Origin: Escherichia coli
Lineage (GTDB): Bacteria; Pseudomonadota; Gammaproteobacteria; Enterobacterales; Enterobacteriaceae
Assembly: GCF_030013595.1 (NCBI RefSeq)
Contig: NZ_CP122768.1
Strand: one strand, 5' to 3'
Length of the DNA: 64,000 nt
The position numbers and the translations under genes were made by a program. Of this stretch, positions 49,719 to 63,327 are shown one piece after another (positions within the stretch are counted from its first letter, which is position 1; the number at the start of each line of letters is the position of its first letter). The notes beneath the pieces were generated by a model. The model saw only the letters and a list, made by a program, of their open reading frames with translations, was not told where the DNA came from and searched no databases.

Positions 49719-50339
49719 TTAGAGGATTTCCAGCAGTTCGACTTCAAACACCAGGGTGCTGAACGGAGGGATGGACGCGCCTGCGCCACGCTCGCCATAT
49801 GCCAGTTCCTGCGGGATAGTCAGTTCCCATTTAGAACCTACCGGCATCAGAGTCAGTGCTTCAATCCAGCCAGGGATCACGCCGTTAACCGGGAATTCAG
49901 CTGGCTCGCCGCGAGCAACGGAGCTGTCAAACACGGTGCCGTCGATCAGTTTTCCGGTGTAATGAACACGAACGCGGTCGGTACGTGCCGGAATTGCGCC
50001 TTCGCCCTGGTTGATCACGCGGAATTGCAGGCCAGATTCGGTGCTATTTACACCTTCTTTTTTGGCGTTTTCTTCCAGGTATTTCACACCTTCAGCAGCC
50101 ATCGCCTGGAAACGCTGACGACGAACGGCATCGGCGCGTTCGTGGATTTCACGCAGCGCGCGGTGCACCACATCAACCGGAACAACCGGATGTTTGCCTT
50201 CCAGCGCATCAGCAATGCCTGCAACCAGTGCTTCTGGCAGCAGCCCTTCCAGGCCAGATTCACTCAGTTGTTGCCCTACCTGCAAACCAATGCCGTAGCT
50301 TGCTTGCGCTTCGATGGTGTCAAAAGTTGGGGTGGTCAT
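49719..50339 (-). CDS. fklB: FKBP-type peptidyl-prolyl cis-trans isomerase (206 aa)
   Basis: ORF track 49719..50498 trimmed to [12 protein letters not shown]. Confidence 0.93.
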   Translation of the reverse strand: MTTPTFDTIEAQASYGIGLQVGQQLSESGLEGLLPEALVAGIADALEGKHPVVPVDVVHRALREIHERADAVRRQRFQAMAAEGVKYLEENAKKEGVNSTESGLQFRVINQGEGAIPARTDRVRVHYTGKLIDGTVFDSSVARGEPAEFPVNGVIPGWIEALTLMPVGSKWELTIPQELAYGERGAGASIPPFSTLVFEVELLEIL

Positions 50340-50556
50340 CGTATTTCCTTTCTTAGGGTATAAAGTAGCGGGCAGCATATCAGCCACACTTCTTTGGGTA
50401 AAACTTTGTCGCGGGAATGATGACAAATCCCGGGGAAAAAGAAACAATAGCAATATCCCGTATGAATATAATAAAGGCGGGTTTACCACGGACATCATAG
50501 CGTTAGCTTATTCATAGGCTATGATTGAGGAACAAGACGCGGAGCAGGAGGAAACC

Positions 50557-51195
50557 ATGCCCGGGCGCTTTGAACTAAAACCAACCCTGGAGAAAGTCTG
50601 GCACGCGCCGGACAATTTTCGCTTCATGGACCCGCTGCCGCCGATGCATCGTCGGGGGATCATTATTGCCGCCATTGTATTGGTAGTCGGATTTCTGCTT
50701 CCATCTGATGATACGCCCAACGCGCCGGTGGTGACGCGTGAAGCGCAGTTAGATATTCAGTCGCAATCACAACCACCGACAGAAGAACAGCTGCGGGCGC
50801 AATTAGTCACGCCACAAAATGATCCTGATCAGGTGGCTCCGGTCGCTCCAGAACCAATACAGGAAGGCCAGCCAGAAGAGCAGCCGCAACCCCCCCAAAC
50901 GCAACCATTCCAGCCAGATAGCGGAATTGATAATCAATGGCGCTCTTACCGTGTCGAACCCGGTAAAACGATGGCACAGCTGTTCCGCGACCACGGGCTG
51001 CCCGCTACCGATGTCTATGCAATGGCGCAGGTAGAAGGCGCGGGTAAGCCGCTGAGTAATTTGCAAAACGGGCAGATGGTGAAAATCCGCCAGAACGCCA
51101 GCGGCGTGGTGACGGGCTTAACCATTGATACGGGGAATAATCAACAGGTCCTGTTTACCCGCCAGCCGGATGGCAGTTTTATTCGTGCGCGGTAG
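50557..51195 (+). CDS. ytfB: OapA/LysM-domain cell-division-associated protein (212 aa)
   Basis: ORF track 50521..51195 trimmed to MPGRFELKP; Pro/Gln-rich linker. Confidence 0.85.
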   Translation: MPGRFELKPTLEKVWHAPDNFRFMDPLPPMHRRGIIIAAIVLVVGFLLPSDDTPNAPVVTREAQLDIQSQSQPPTEEQLRAQLVTPQNDPDQVAPVAPEPIQEGQPEEQPQPPQTQPFQPDSGIDNQWRSYRVEPGKTMAQLFRDHGLPATDVYAMAQVEGAGKPLSNLQNGQMVKIRQNASGVVTGLTIDTGNNQQVLFTRQPDGSFIRAR

Positions 51196-51295
51196 ATGAA
51201 GGGTCAACCAGAAGCCAGCTAAGGAGCGTCTCTTTGATGACCTTACGTCTGGCTTCCAGTGCCTGGGGGGAAACCATACTGATGTGTTGACATCC

Positions 51296-51317
51296 TCCAC
51301 GCCCTGAAGGACGTGGA
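51296..51317. repeat. Subterminal hairpin of the IS element (tnpB-distal end; shared core GCCCTGAAGGACG)
   Basis: tccac-gccctgaagga-cgtgga; 13-nt core identical to the hairpin at 52998-53017. Confidence 0.6.
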
Positions 51318-51329
51318 TCCCTGCTACGT

Positions 51330-52538
51330 TCAGGCTGTCGCCTGAATCATTTCGGTGGGTTCCTGCTTCAACGAGCGGCCTGACTGCACCATCTCTCCAC
51401 AGGCAAGAACGGCGTGCCCCGCCGCTAAAATGTTACGAGCGCCATTTACATCGGCGTTCGCTGTATATCCACATACCTGGCATCTGAATTTAATTTGTGA
51501 CAGGCGATTTTCTTTCGCTGTATGACCACAGCACGCGCAACGCTGGCTTGTGTACGCTGGCGGAACAGCAAGCACCTGACCGCCACGCCAGAGCTGCTTG
51601 TACTCAAGCTGGCGGCGCATTTCATACCAGCCCTGATCCAGTATCGAACGGTTTAAACCTGATTTTGCCCGGACATTGCGCCGCGGCTGGCTGACCGTAC
51701 CCGCTGCTGACTTTGACATGTTGCTGACCTTCAAATCCTCAATGACTATCATTGCGTGGTTTTTGCTGACGGTCGTTGTGACTTTGTGAAGGTAGTCCCT
51801 GCGGATATTTGCGATACGGGAATGCAGTCGCTGTATTTTGCGTTTCTGCTTCTGCCAGTTATTGCTGAATTTGACCTTGCGGCTTAACTGTCGCTGAAGT
51901 CTCGCCAGCTTCTTCTGTTTTTTCTGAAAACTGTTTACAGGCTCAAAGACTGTGCCATCTGACAGCGTGGCGAGTTTAACCACGCCAGCATCCAGCCCGA
52001 CCATTGATGCTGAAGGATGAACCGGAGTTGATACTTCACTTTCTGTCTGAATACTGATGTACCACTTACCGCAGGACTGGCTGACCGTGACATTTTTCAC
52101 AACACCCGTGACCTGACGGCTATTCCGGTAGCGCATCCAGCCCAGTTTCGGCAGAAAAATACGGCTGTTTTCCTGATAGAGCTTAACGCCCTACGGGTAG
52201 CGGAATGCATCATTCTGTCCCCGCTTTTTGAATCGGGGAAAAGCAGCCCGCTTCTGGAAGAAGTTTTTGTAAGCCCGCTCAAGGTCTTTCAGTGACTGTT
52301 GCAATGGCTGTGACGGGGCATCTTTAAGCCATTGCGTTTCAGTGGCATTTTTCCACTCAACCAGCCAGGAAGCCATTTTCCCGTAAGGGATGTATTTATT
52401 ACCGGCCTCATGATTCTCATTCTGAAGCGCCAGAGCACGATTGAAAACGAAACGACATGCGCCTGCGAAGCGCCTCATTTCACGCTCCTGTTGACCACCG
52501 GGTCTTAACTGGAATTTAAATGCCTGTCGTCGTTTCAC
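51330..52538 (-). pseudogene. tnpB: IS605-family TnpB (RuvC-like RNA-guided nuclease family), interrupted by one in-frame TAG
   Basis: ORFs 52191..52538 and 51330..52136 share one frame; my hand translation across the gap gives ...DAFRYP-stop-GVKLYQENSRIFLPKLGWMRYR...; C-terminal Zn ribbon CACCGH...CQVCG; RuvC-like D/E/D residues. Confidence 0.8.
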
Positions 52539-52608
52539 AGGTCAAATGATACTTTGGTCTGTGAAAAAAGAAACCTATATCCGGCGTGGAAGGTATTGTG
52601 TTTTCCTG

Positions 52609-53020
52609 ATGCATGTTCACCTGGTCTTTGTCCCAAATACCGACGCCAGATTTTTGACCATGACGCGACAGAAAAACTACGCACTTACTTTTCAAATGTA
52701 TGTGCTGATTTTGAAGCTGAACTGGTTGAAATGGATGGCGAACCAGATCACGTCCATTTGTTAATTAAATATCCTCCCAAACTGGCGATATCCAGTCTGG
52801 TAAACAGCCTCAAAGGCGTATCGGGTAGGTTACTGCGACGAGATCGACCAGATATTGCAGTCAGGTATTACTACAAAGGCGTTTTGTGGAGTCCTGGCTA
52901 TTTTGCCAGTAGCTGTGGAGGTGCGCCAATATCCGCCATCCGTCAATCCATTGAACAACAGCAAACACCTGGTCAGGTGGAAAACCGCGCCGTATATCCC
53001 CGCCCTGAAGGACGGGGTTT
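52609..53020 (+). pseudogene. tnpA: IS200-type Y1 (HuH) transposase TnpA, -1 frameshifted near N-terminus
   Basis: MHVHLVFVP in one frame, then KYRRQIF...DHVHLLI... (HuH motif) in another; switch within gtcccaaatac homopolymer context; no in-frame stop until 53159, so C-terminus undefined. Confidence 0.7.
52998..53017. repeat. Subterminal hairpin of the IS element (tnpA-distal end)
   Basis: cccc-gccctgaagga-cgggg; same loop and core as 51296-51317. Confidence 0.6.
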
Positions 53021-53033
53021 TACGGCACACCGG

Positions 53034-53357
53034 ATAAACCAGGCCAAGCGTATGCTGGTTGATCAAATAATATCCCCCAAGCGCAGCAATATTAATATAC
53101 ACCTGCAATGGGTCGATATCTGGCTTAAAAATATTGTGTTTCTTCCCTTCATCCAATAAGGATTCCATTAACTGCAAGTGCGCATGATTAATTTCTAAGA
53201 GACGCTGTGATTTTACATAATGCACACCTTTACTTTGGTTTTCACTATGCACAATTTTTAAAAACCAAGGATTAGCAATATAATATATCCTAGGTAAAAT
53301 CGATGATTTTTTCAATGGCTTTTTGTGGCTGGTTAACCTGCTGATTAACAAACGCAC
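53034..53357 (-). pseudogene. ytfA: Truncated ORF, N-terminal about 108 codons, ytfA-like; C-terminus replaced by IS sequence
   Basis: 175-codon ORF 52830..53357 whose last third is antisense to tnpA; identity with K-12 ytfA is from positional memory only. Confidence 0.45.
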
Positions 53358-53603
53358 CGATACCGACAGCGTAGAATAATTACATACCGCACAACAAGAA
53401 TGTATGGTGTAAGGCGTTGTCAGTCATCTCCCTCCCTGGGTGCATCTTTATATCCGTGATGAGCGATTTTTGATATTAATATCTTTTACTATCCGCTATT
53501 TTCACCACTTCAGAAAACAAACTTATTTTTATTAATATCGATTATTTATTCTGTGCACATTCAGCTGCGATATTTATAAAAAAATTAAACAGGCAAAAAT
53601 ACA

Positions 53604-54398
53604 ATGACATTACCAACCACTATTTATTCATTTCCTGCATATTCACCCCGTTTTTCGTCCACCGACAAACCAGTAAAATTAAAATTTCATCAATACGCAC
53701 GCGCTACATTACTTTCAAATCGAGGAAGAGATCATAATTGCGATGGCAGACATACTGTTGAGATCCACAAACTAGATCTCTCAGGCTGGCAAGCATTCAA
53801 TAAGTTAGCGACGAGGTGTAATGCTTACGATGGAATAACAATGAATGGTGATAATTCTTTTGGATGGAACCATGAAGCTACATTAGATAATATTCACGCC
53901 CAGAAATACAATAAAGCTTACGCGGGTGCGAGGTTAACCGCAGAACTGAAATATTTATTGCAAGATGTTGAATCCTTCGAACCCAACAGTAAATACACAA
54001 TACACGAGGTTGTTTTGGGACCTGGTTATAGTACTCCAGACTATACCGGCCAAACGATAGGATACGTTGTAACCCTTCCTGCCCAAATGCCTAATTGCTG
54101 GTCATCTGAACTACCAACAATCGATCTTTATATCGACCAACTTCGCACTGTTACAGGCGTTTCTAATGCCCTCGGATTCATCATTGCTGCATTGCTAAAC
54201 GCGTATTCTGATTTACCCCATGATTTGAAAATTGGTCTGCGTTCCTTATCAAGTTCAGCAGCAATCTACTCGGGTTTGGGTTTCGAGCGAGTGCCGCAGG
54301 GCCGAGACATAAGGTGCGATCGTATGCATCTAACGCCAGCAAACCATCCTGAATTATGGACACAAGAGAATGGTGAATGGATCTACTTGCGAAACTAA
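53604..54398 (+). CDS. yjfZ: Uncharacterised protein YjfZ (264 aa)
   Basis: ORF track; AT-rich gene with long AT-rich upstream region. Confidence 0.85.
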   Translation: MTLPTTIYSFPAYSPRFSSTDKPVKLKFHQYARATLLSNRGRDHNCDGRHTVEIHKLDLSGWQAFNKLATRCNAYDGITMNGDNSFGWNHEATLDNIHAQKYNKAYAGARLTAELKYLLQDVESFEPNSKYTIHEVVLGPGYSTPDYTGQTIGYVVTLPAQMPNCWSSELPTIDLYIDQLRTVTGVSNALGFIIAALLNAYSDLPHDLKIGLRSLSSSAAIYSGLGFERVPQGRDIRCDRMHLTPANHPELWTQENGEWIYLRN

Positions 54399-54420
54399 TA
54401 CCTAACGAAAAATAGAAAGC

Positions 54421-54450
54421 AAAACGCCGACCAGTGGTCGGCGTTTTTAC
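54421..54450. terminator. Bidirectional terminator between yjfZ and rplI
   Basis: aaa-acgccgacc-agt-ggtcggcgt-ttttt. Confidence 0.65.
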
Positions 54451-54468
54451 GTCTCGTTGAATAACGAA

Positions 54469-54930
<462 letters not shown>

Positions 54931-54959
54931 TCAAAGTCGTATTAATGGACCGTGACCGA

Positions 54960-55506
<547 letters not shown>

Positions 55507-55512
55507 CAGAAA

Positions 55513-55926
<414 letters not shown>

Positions 55927-56234
55927 TTATTCAGCCTCCTGTCTGGGTCAGCCGAATCCCGGGGAGGCAAGGAACGTGTTAAAGGTCGGCTGAAAAATGA
56001 CGCATTATAGTACTGACATACCCTGCTAAACTCAAGGCCAGCCGACAAATAAATCTCATCTTTCACCAAATCGTACTAACACGCTGATTTGAAGTTCATC
56101 ACACTTCATCATGGTGTTTTTTTGAACAACTGCATCAGAAATGGTCACCATCAACTTCTTTATCATTGATTAAAATTAAATCAGAAGATCATCACAGAGG
56201 AGAGCACACAAAGTCAGCCGTCGAGGAGGTATCT

Positions 56235-56510
56235 ATGTTCAGTCGTGTTTTAGCCCTTCTGGCTGTGCTTTTGCTAAGTGCAAATACATGGGCAGCCATT
56301 GAAATTAATAACCACCAGGCCAGAAATATGGATGATGTGCAAAGCTTAGGCGTGATTTATATCAATCATAATTTCGCAACTGAAAGTGAAGCACGTCAGG
56401 CATTAAATGAAGAGACAGATGCGCAAGGTGCAACGTACTACCACGTAATTCTGATGCGGGAACCGGGGAGTAACGGCAATATGCACGCCAGCGCGGATAT
56501 TTATCGCTAG
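56235..56510 (+). CDS. yjfY: Small secreted DUF1471 (YdgH/BhsA/McbA-like) protein YjfY (91 aa)
   Basis: ORF track 56166..56510 trimmed to MFSRVLALLAVLLLSANTWA signal peptide. Confidence 0.85.
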   Translation: MFSRVLALLAVLLLSANTWAAIEINNHQARNMDDVQSLGVIYINHNFATESEARQALNEETDAQGATYYHVILMREPGSNGNMHASADIYR

Positions 56511-56550
56511 CACCAGGTATAACCAACGAAACATTGCCATAGTTTGCTTT

Positions 56551-56576
56551 GCCCCCTTCGCAGGGGGCTTTTTTTG
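56551..56576. terminator. Terminator after yjfY (also serves convergent ulaF)
   Basis: gccccc-ttcgca-gggggc followed by T7. Confidence 0.7.
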
Positions 56577-56638
56577 AAAAACGGCTGCGGAATTAGACCA
56601 GTTATCTCCCGAAGAAGGAAATTTCCGCAGCGCGTGTT

Positions 56639-57325
56639 TTACTTCTGCCCGTAATAAGCGTTAGGACCGTGCTTACGCATGAAGTGTTTATTCATCAGGA
56701 AGCTGTCGATATGATTCAGTTGTGGGTTAATGCCGCGCGCAATCCACGCCATTTTCGCCACTTCTTCCATCACTACCGCGTTATGCACCGCATCGTGGGC
56801 ATCTTTCCCCCAGGCGAACGGCCCGTGCTGATACACCACAATCCCCGGTGTATGCAGCGGTTCAGCGTTGCCCAGCGTTTCAATAATAACTTTGCCAGTG
56901 TTCAGTTCGTACTCGCCCTGCACCTCTTCTTCGCTTAATCCGCGCGTGCACGGGATATCGCCAAAGAAGTAGTCGGCGTGCGTGGTGCCTAACGCCGGGA
57001 TCGCCAGCCCCGCCTGCGCCCATGCGGTAGCATGAGTGGAGTGGGTATGGACAATACCACCAAGCGACGGATAACGACGGTAGAGTTCAAGATGCGTCGC
57101 GGTGTCGGAAGACGGACGATATTCCCCTTCCACCACCTTGCCGCTCATATCGACCACTACCATATCGTCTGCTTTCATGGTTTCGTAGGCGACGCCGCTG
57201 GGCTTGATCACCACCAGCCCGCGTTCGCGGTCAATGGCGCTGACGTTGCCCCAGGTAAAGGTCACCAGCCCGTAGCGCGGCAGATCCATGTTGGCTTCAA
57301 ATACCTGCTGTTTTAGCTTTTGCAT
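56639..57325 (-). CDS. ulaF: L-ribulose-5-phosphate 4-epimerase (228 aa)
   Basis: ORF track 56639..57373 trimmed to [12 protein letters not shown]. Confidence 0.93.
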   Translation of the reverse strand: MQKLKQQVFEANMDLPRYGLVTFTWGNVSAIDRERGLVVIKPSGVAYETMKADDMVVVDMSGKVVEGEYRPSSDTATHLELYRRYPSLGGIVHTHSTHATAWAQAGLAIPALGTTHADYFFGDIPCTRGLSEEEVQGEYELNTGKVIIETLGNAEPLHTPGIVVYQHGPFAWGKDAHDAVHNAVVMEEVAKMAWIARGINPQLNHIDSFLMNKHFMRKHGPNAYYGQK

Positions 57326-58179
57326 TATGCCGCCTCCACCATGCCCGCTTTCGCCATGCGCGCTTTCACCCAATCACGCGCTTTCGCCACTTCTGCTGCC
57401 GGGTCTTCCGCCGTTTCGCTCCACATCTCAATCAGGTACGGCCCGCAATAGCCACTCTGTTTGAGCGTTTCGAAGCAACGTTCGAAATCCACTACGCCTT
57501 CGCCAAACGGCACGTTTTTGAAGACGCCTGGTTTGGTGTCTTTCACATGCACCGCGACGATATGCCCCATTCCGGCCTGCAACTCCATCTGCACGTCGTT
57601 GTCCCACGCCGACAGGTTGCCGATATCCGGGTAGAGCTGGAACCATGGGTTGTTGAGATAGTGCGCGTAACCCAACGCCTTACTGATGGAGTTCATCAAC
57701 GGGTAATCCATGATCTCCATCGCCAGCGTCACCTGCGCGCGGCTTGCCATCTCAACGCTCTCTTTCAGGCCGTCACGGAAACGACGACGCGTTTCGTTAT
57801 TGGCTTCCTGATAGTAAACGTCATAGCCCGCCAGTTGGATCACGCGAATACCGACGTCCTGGGCGAACTGGATAGCTTTGCGCATAATCTCCAGCCCCTG
57901 CGCCCGTACCGCGTCATCTTCGCTGCCCAGCGGGAAACGACGATGAGCAGAAAGGCACATGGACGGCACGCGCACGCCAGTTTCAACAATCGCATTCACC
58001 AGCGCCAGACGCTGCTCGCGGCTCCAGTCGAGGCGCGACAGGCGATCGTCAGTTTCATCTACCGACATCTCGACAAAATCGAAGCCTAACGTTTTTGCCA
58101 GTTGCAGCCGTTCCAGCCAGCACTCCCCGGCGGGGAGCGCTTTTTCATAGATGCCAAGCGGGATTTGTTTGGACAACAT
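57325..58179 (-). CDS. ulaE: L-ribulose-5-phosphate 3-epimerase (284 aa)
   Basis: ORF track. Confidence 0.93.
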   Translation of the reverse strand: MLSKQIPLGIYEKALPAGECWLERLQLAKTLGFDFVEMSVDETDDRLSRLDWSREQRLALVNAIVETGVRVPSMCLSAHRRFPLGSEDDAVRAQGLEIMRKAIQFAQDVGIRVIQLAGYDVYYQEANNETRRRFRDGLKESVEMASRAQVTLAMEIMDYPLMNSISKALGYAHYLNNPWFQLYPDIGNLSAWDNDVQMELQAGMGHIVAVHVKDTKPGVFKNVPFGEGVVDFERCFETLKQSGYCGPYLIEMWSETAEDPAAEVAKARDWVKARMAKAGMVEAA

Positions 58180-58188
58180 ATCCGCTCC

Positions 58189-58839
58189 TTAGCCCCACAG
58201 TTCGGCGATGGAACGTTTGAACTGACGCGCGGCTTCAACCGGAGAAGCGGCATCACGGATACTACGGCCCGCGATAAAGACGTGAATCGGAATGCCTTTG
58301 AACAGCGGCAGATCTTCCAGCGCCAAGCCACCGGTGACGGTGACTTTGAAGCCCATATCGGAAAGACGTTTGATCGCGGTGATATCTGCTTCGCCCCATG
58401 CCACGCCTGCGGCCTGCGCGTCACGGCTGCGGTGATAAACCACCTGCTGAATGCCTGCGTCACGCCACTGTTGCGCCTGTTCCCAGGTCCAGTAACCGGT
58501 CAGTTCGATCTGCACGTCGCCGTTAAACTCTTTTGCTACGTCCAGCGCACCTTTGGCGGTGTTGATATCCGCACAGCAAATCACGGTCACCCAGTCAGCG
58601 TTGGCTTCGAAGCACATACGAGAAAGAATTTTGCCCGCATCGGCAATTTTGGCGTCTGCCAGCACGATTTTGTGCGGGTAGAGTGCTTTGAGGTCACGAA
58701 CCGCACGCACGCCTTCGCCCACACACAGAATGGTGCCCACTTCGATAATGTCGACTTCTTCGGCAATCAGGCGAGTGGTTTCGTAAGCGCTATCCATAGT
58801 CTGGTTGTCCAGCGCGACTTGCAACATCGGTAATGACAT
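58189..58839 (-). CDS. ulaD: 3-keto-L-gulonate-6-phosphate decarboxylase (216 aa)
   Basis: ORF track 58189..58878 trimmed to [11 protein letters not shown]. Confidence 0.93.
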   Translation of the reverse strand: MSLPMLQVALDNQTMDSAYETTRLIAEEVDIIEVGTILCVGEGVRAVRDLKALYPHKIVLADAKIADAGKILSRMCFEANADWVTVICCADINTAKGALDVAKEFNGDVQIELTGYWTWEQAQQWRDAGIQQVVYHRSRDAQAAGVAWGEADITAIKRLSDMGFKVTVTGGLALEDLPLFKGIPIHVFIAGRSIRDAASPVEAARQFKRSIAELWG

Positions 58840-58852
58840 GTTCAATTCCTTC

Positions 58853-59317
58853 TTAAGCTGCCGCGTTGGTGCGGTCAATTAAATCCAGTACTTCCTGCTC
58901 GGTACGGCAGGCACGTAAACGGTCGAAATTCTCTTCATCTTCAAACAGGTTGACGATCTGCATGATGCCCACTTCCTGGTGGGTGTTGGCATCAACCGCC
59001 GCCATGGTGATGAGGATATCCACCGGATCGTTATCTTCGTGGTTGAACTCCAGCGGCTTTTTCAGCGTCACCAGCGCAAAACCGGTTTTCTTAACGCCCT
59101 CTTCCGGGCGACCGTGCGGCATTGCCAGGCCTGGTGCGAGCACAAAGTACGGACCGTGCTGTTCAACCGCATCCAGAATCGCCTGGTAGTAACGCGGCTC
59201 GACAACATCCGCCGCCACCAGCAGGTCAACGCCGATTTTTACTGCGTCCTGCCATGTCTCAGCTTCAGCCTGCAGGCGGATGGATTTATTCTCCGCCAGC
59301 GAATCACGTAATTTCAT
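58853..59317 (-). CDS. ulaC: Ascorbate PTS EIIA component (154 aa)
   Basis: ORF track. Confidence 0.93.
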   Translation of the reverse strand: MKLRDSLAENKSIRLQAEAETWQDAVKIGVDLLVAADVVEPRYYQAILDAVEQHGPYFVLAPGLAMPHGRPEEGVKKTGFALVTLKKPLEFNHEDNDPVDILITMAAVDANTHQEVGIMQIVNLFEDEENFDRLRACRTEQEVLDLIDRTNAAA

Positions 59318-59326
59318 GGCGCGTCC

Positions 59327-59632
59327 TTACTTCACATCCTGCGGGAAATGCGCTTTGATCACTTCCAACAGTTTCGGGCCAAAGTCGGCAGGAGAGAGCA
59401 TGTTGCGCACACCAACCACGTATTTGTTGCCGGTCACGGTGATTTCGCCCGCAATGTGCGTAGAAGCGATGATGATATCCGCGCCGCTCAACTCGCTTTT
59501 GTATTCGCCAACCGCGCAGCTGTTTACCGTGTGGTCAATGTTTGATTGGGTTAAAAACTGGTCCACTTTCATCTTCATGATCATGGAACTGCCTTGTCCG
59601 TTGCCACACACAGCCAGAATACGTACGGTCAT
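59327..59632 (-). CDS. ulaB: Ascorbate PTS EIIB component (101 aa)
   Basis: ORF track 59327..59638 trimmed to [16 protein letters not shown] (active-site Cys). Confidence 0.93.
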   Translation of the reverse strand: MTVRILAVCGNGQGSSMIMKMKVDQFLTQSNIDHTVNSCAVGEYKSELSGADIIIASTHIAGEITVTGNKYVVGVRNMLSPADFGPKLLEVIKAHFPQDVK

Positions 59633-59647
59633 AATCAAAACTCCTTA

Positions 59648-61399
<1,752 letters not shown>

Positions 61400-62464
61400 A
61401 TGAGTAAAGTGAAAAGTATCACCCGAGAATCCTGGATCCTGAGCACTTTCCCGGAGTGGGGTAGCTGGCTGAATGAAGAAATTGAACAAGAGCAGGTCGC
61501 CCCTGGCACATTTGCGATGTGGTGGCTAGGCTGCACCGGGATCTGGCTGAAATCAGAAGGTGGCACCAACGTTTGCGTTGATTTCTGGTGCGGCACTGGC
61601 AAACAAAGTCACGGTAACCCGTTAATGAAACAGGGTCACCAGATGCAGCGCATGGCTGGCGTGAAAAAACTGCAGCCAAACCTGCGCACCACCCCGTTTG
61701 TTCTTGATCCGTTTGCGATTCGCCAGATCGACGCGGTACTGGCGACTCACGATCACAACGATCATATCGACGTTAACGTCGCTGCTGCCGTGATGCAGAA
61801 CTGTGCTGATGACGTACCGTTCATTGGACCGAAAACCTGCGTTGATTTGTGGATTGGCTGGGGCGTACCGAAAGAGCGTTGCATCGTGGTCAAACCGGGC
61901 GATGTTGTAAAAGTGAAAGACATTGAAATTCATGCGCTTGACGCTTTCGACCGTACTGCACTGATCACCCTGCCTGCCGATCAAAAAGCGGCTGGCGTAC
62001 TGCCAGATGGCATGGACGATCGCGCAGTAAACTACCTGTTCAAAACCCCTGGCGGTTCCCTGTATCACAGTGGCGATTCCCACTACTCTAACTATTATGC
62101 GAAGCACGGTAACGAACATCAGATCGACGTGGCTTTAGGTTCATACGGCGAAAACCCGCGCGGTATTACCGACAAAATGACCAGCGCCGATATGCTGCGT
62201 ATGGGTGAAGCCCTGAATGCGAAAGTGGTTATCCCGTTCCACCACGACATCTGGTCAAACTTCCAGGCCGATCCGCAAGAAATCCGCGTGCTGTGGGAGA
62301 TGAAAAAAGATCGTCTGAAGTATGGCTTCAAGCCGTTTATCTGGCAGGTGGGCGGCAAATTTACCTGGCCGTTGGATAAAGACAACTTCGAGTACCACTA
62401 TCCGCGTGGTTTCGATGATTGCTTCACTATTGAACCGGATCTGCCGTTCAAGTCATTCCTGTAA
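61400..62464 (+). CDS. ulaG: L-ascorbate-6-phosphate lactonase, metallo-beta-lactamase fold (354 aa)
   Basis: ORF track 61394..62464 trimmed to [11 protein letters not shown]; HxHxDH motif (THDHNDHID). Confidence 0.93.
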
Positions 62465-62477
62465 TCTGTCGTTTATA

Positions 62478-62509
62478 CCGGATAGCGTGGAGTAGTTCGC
62501 GCTATCCGG
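62478..62509 (+). terminator. Hairpin after ulaG
   Basis: ccggatagcg-N12-cgctatccgg. Confidence 0.6.
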
Positions 62510-62571
62510 CGTAGTATTTCCTGGCTATTTCAAATATCATCTAAAAAAATCAAATTTTATCGGAATAGCTC

Positions 62572-63327
62572 ATGACTGAAGCACAAAGACATCAAATCCT
62601 CCTGGAAATGCTCGCACAATTGGGCTTTGTGACCGTTGAGAAAGTCGTTGAGCGTCTGGGAATTTCGCCTGCCACTGCGCGACGCGATATCAATAAACTT
62701 GACGAAAGCGGCAAACTGAAAAAAGTGCGCAATGGCGCAGAAGCTATTACCCAACAGCGCCCGCGCTGGACGCCGATGAATCTGCATCAGGCGCAGAATC
62801 ACGATGAAAAAGTACGTATTGCTAAAGCGGCCTCGCAACTGGTTAATCCGGGCGAAAGCGTAGTCATCAACTGCGGCTCCACCGCGTTTCTGCTTGGGCG
62901 GGAAATGTGTGGCAAGCCAGTGCAAATCATCACTAATTATCTACCGCTGGCAAATTACCTGATCGATCAGGAGCATGACAGCGTGATCATTATGGGCGGA
63001 CAGTACAACAAAAGTCAGTCCATCACTTTAAGCCCGCAAGGCAGCGAAAACAGTCTCTATGCCGGGCACTGGATGTTTACCAGCGGCAAAGGGCTGACAG
63101 CAGAAGGGTTGTATAAAACCGATATGTTGACGGCAATGGCAGAGCAGAAGATGCTGAGCGTGGTAGGGAAACTGGTGGTACTGGTTGATAGCAGTAAGAT
63201 TGGCGAACGCGCGGGAATGCTTTTTAGCCGTGCCGATCAAATCGATATGCTGATCACCGGCAAAAATGCTAACCCGGAAATCCTGCAACAACTGGAAGCG
63301 CAAGGGGTCAGCATTCTGCGTGTTTAA
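62572..63327 (+). CDS. ulaR: DeoR-family repressor of the ula regulon (251 aa)
   Basis: ORF track; N-terminal HTH, DeoR C-terminal sugar-phosphate-binding domain. Confidence 0.93.

Larger units (their letters stand above)
51280..53040 (-). mobile_element. IS200/IS605-family element (IS605 group, divergent tnpA/tnpB), degraded; ends approximate (+/- 30 bp)
   Basis: Divergent tnpB (minus) and tnpA (plus) with start codons about 70 bp apart; matching subterminal hairpins at 51296-51317 and 52998-53017. Confidence 0.7.

Noticed and set aside
52609-52640. Programmed ribosomal frameshift in tnpA
   Set aside because: No slippery heptamer or downstream structure, and Y1 transposases are not known to need frameshifting; a simple 1-nt deletion is more parsimonious
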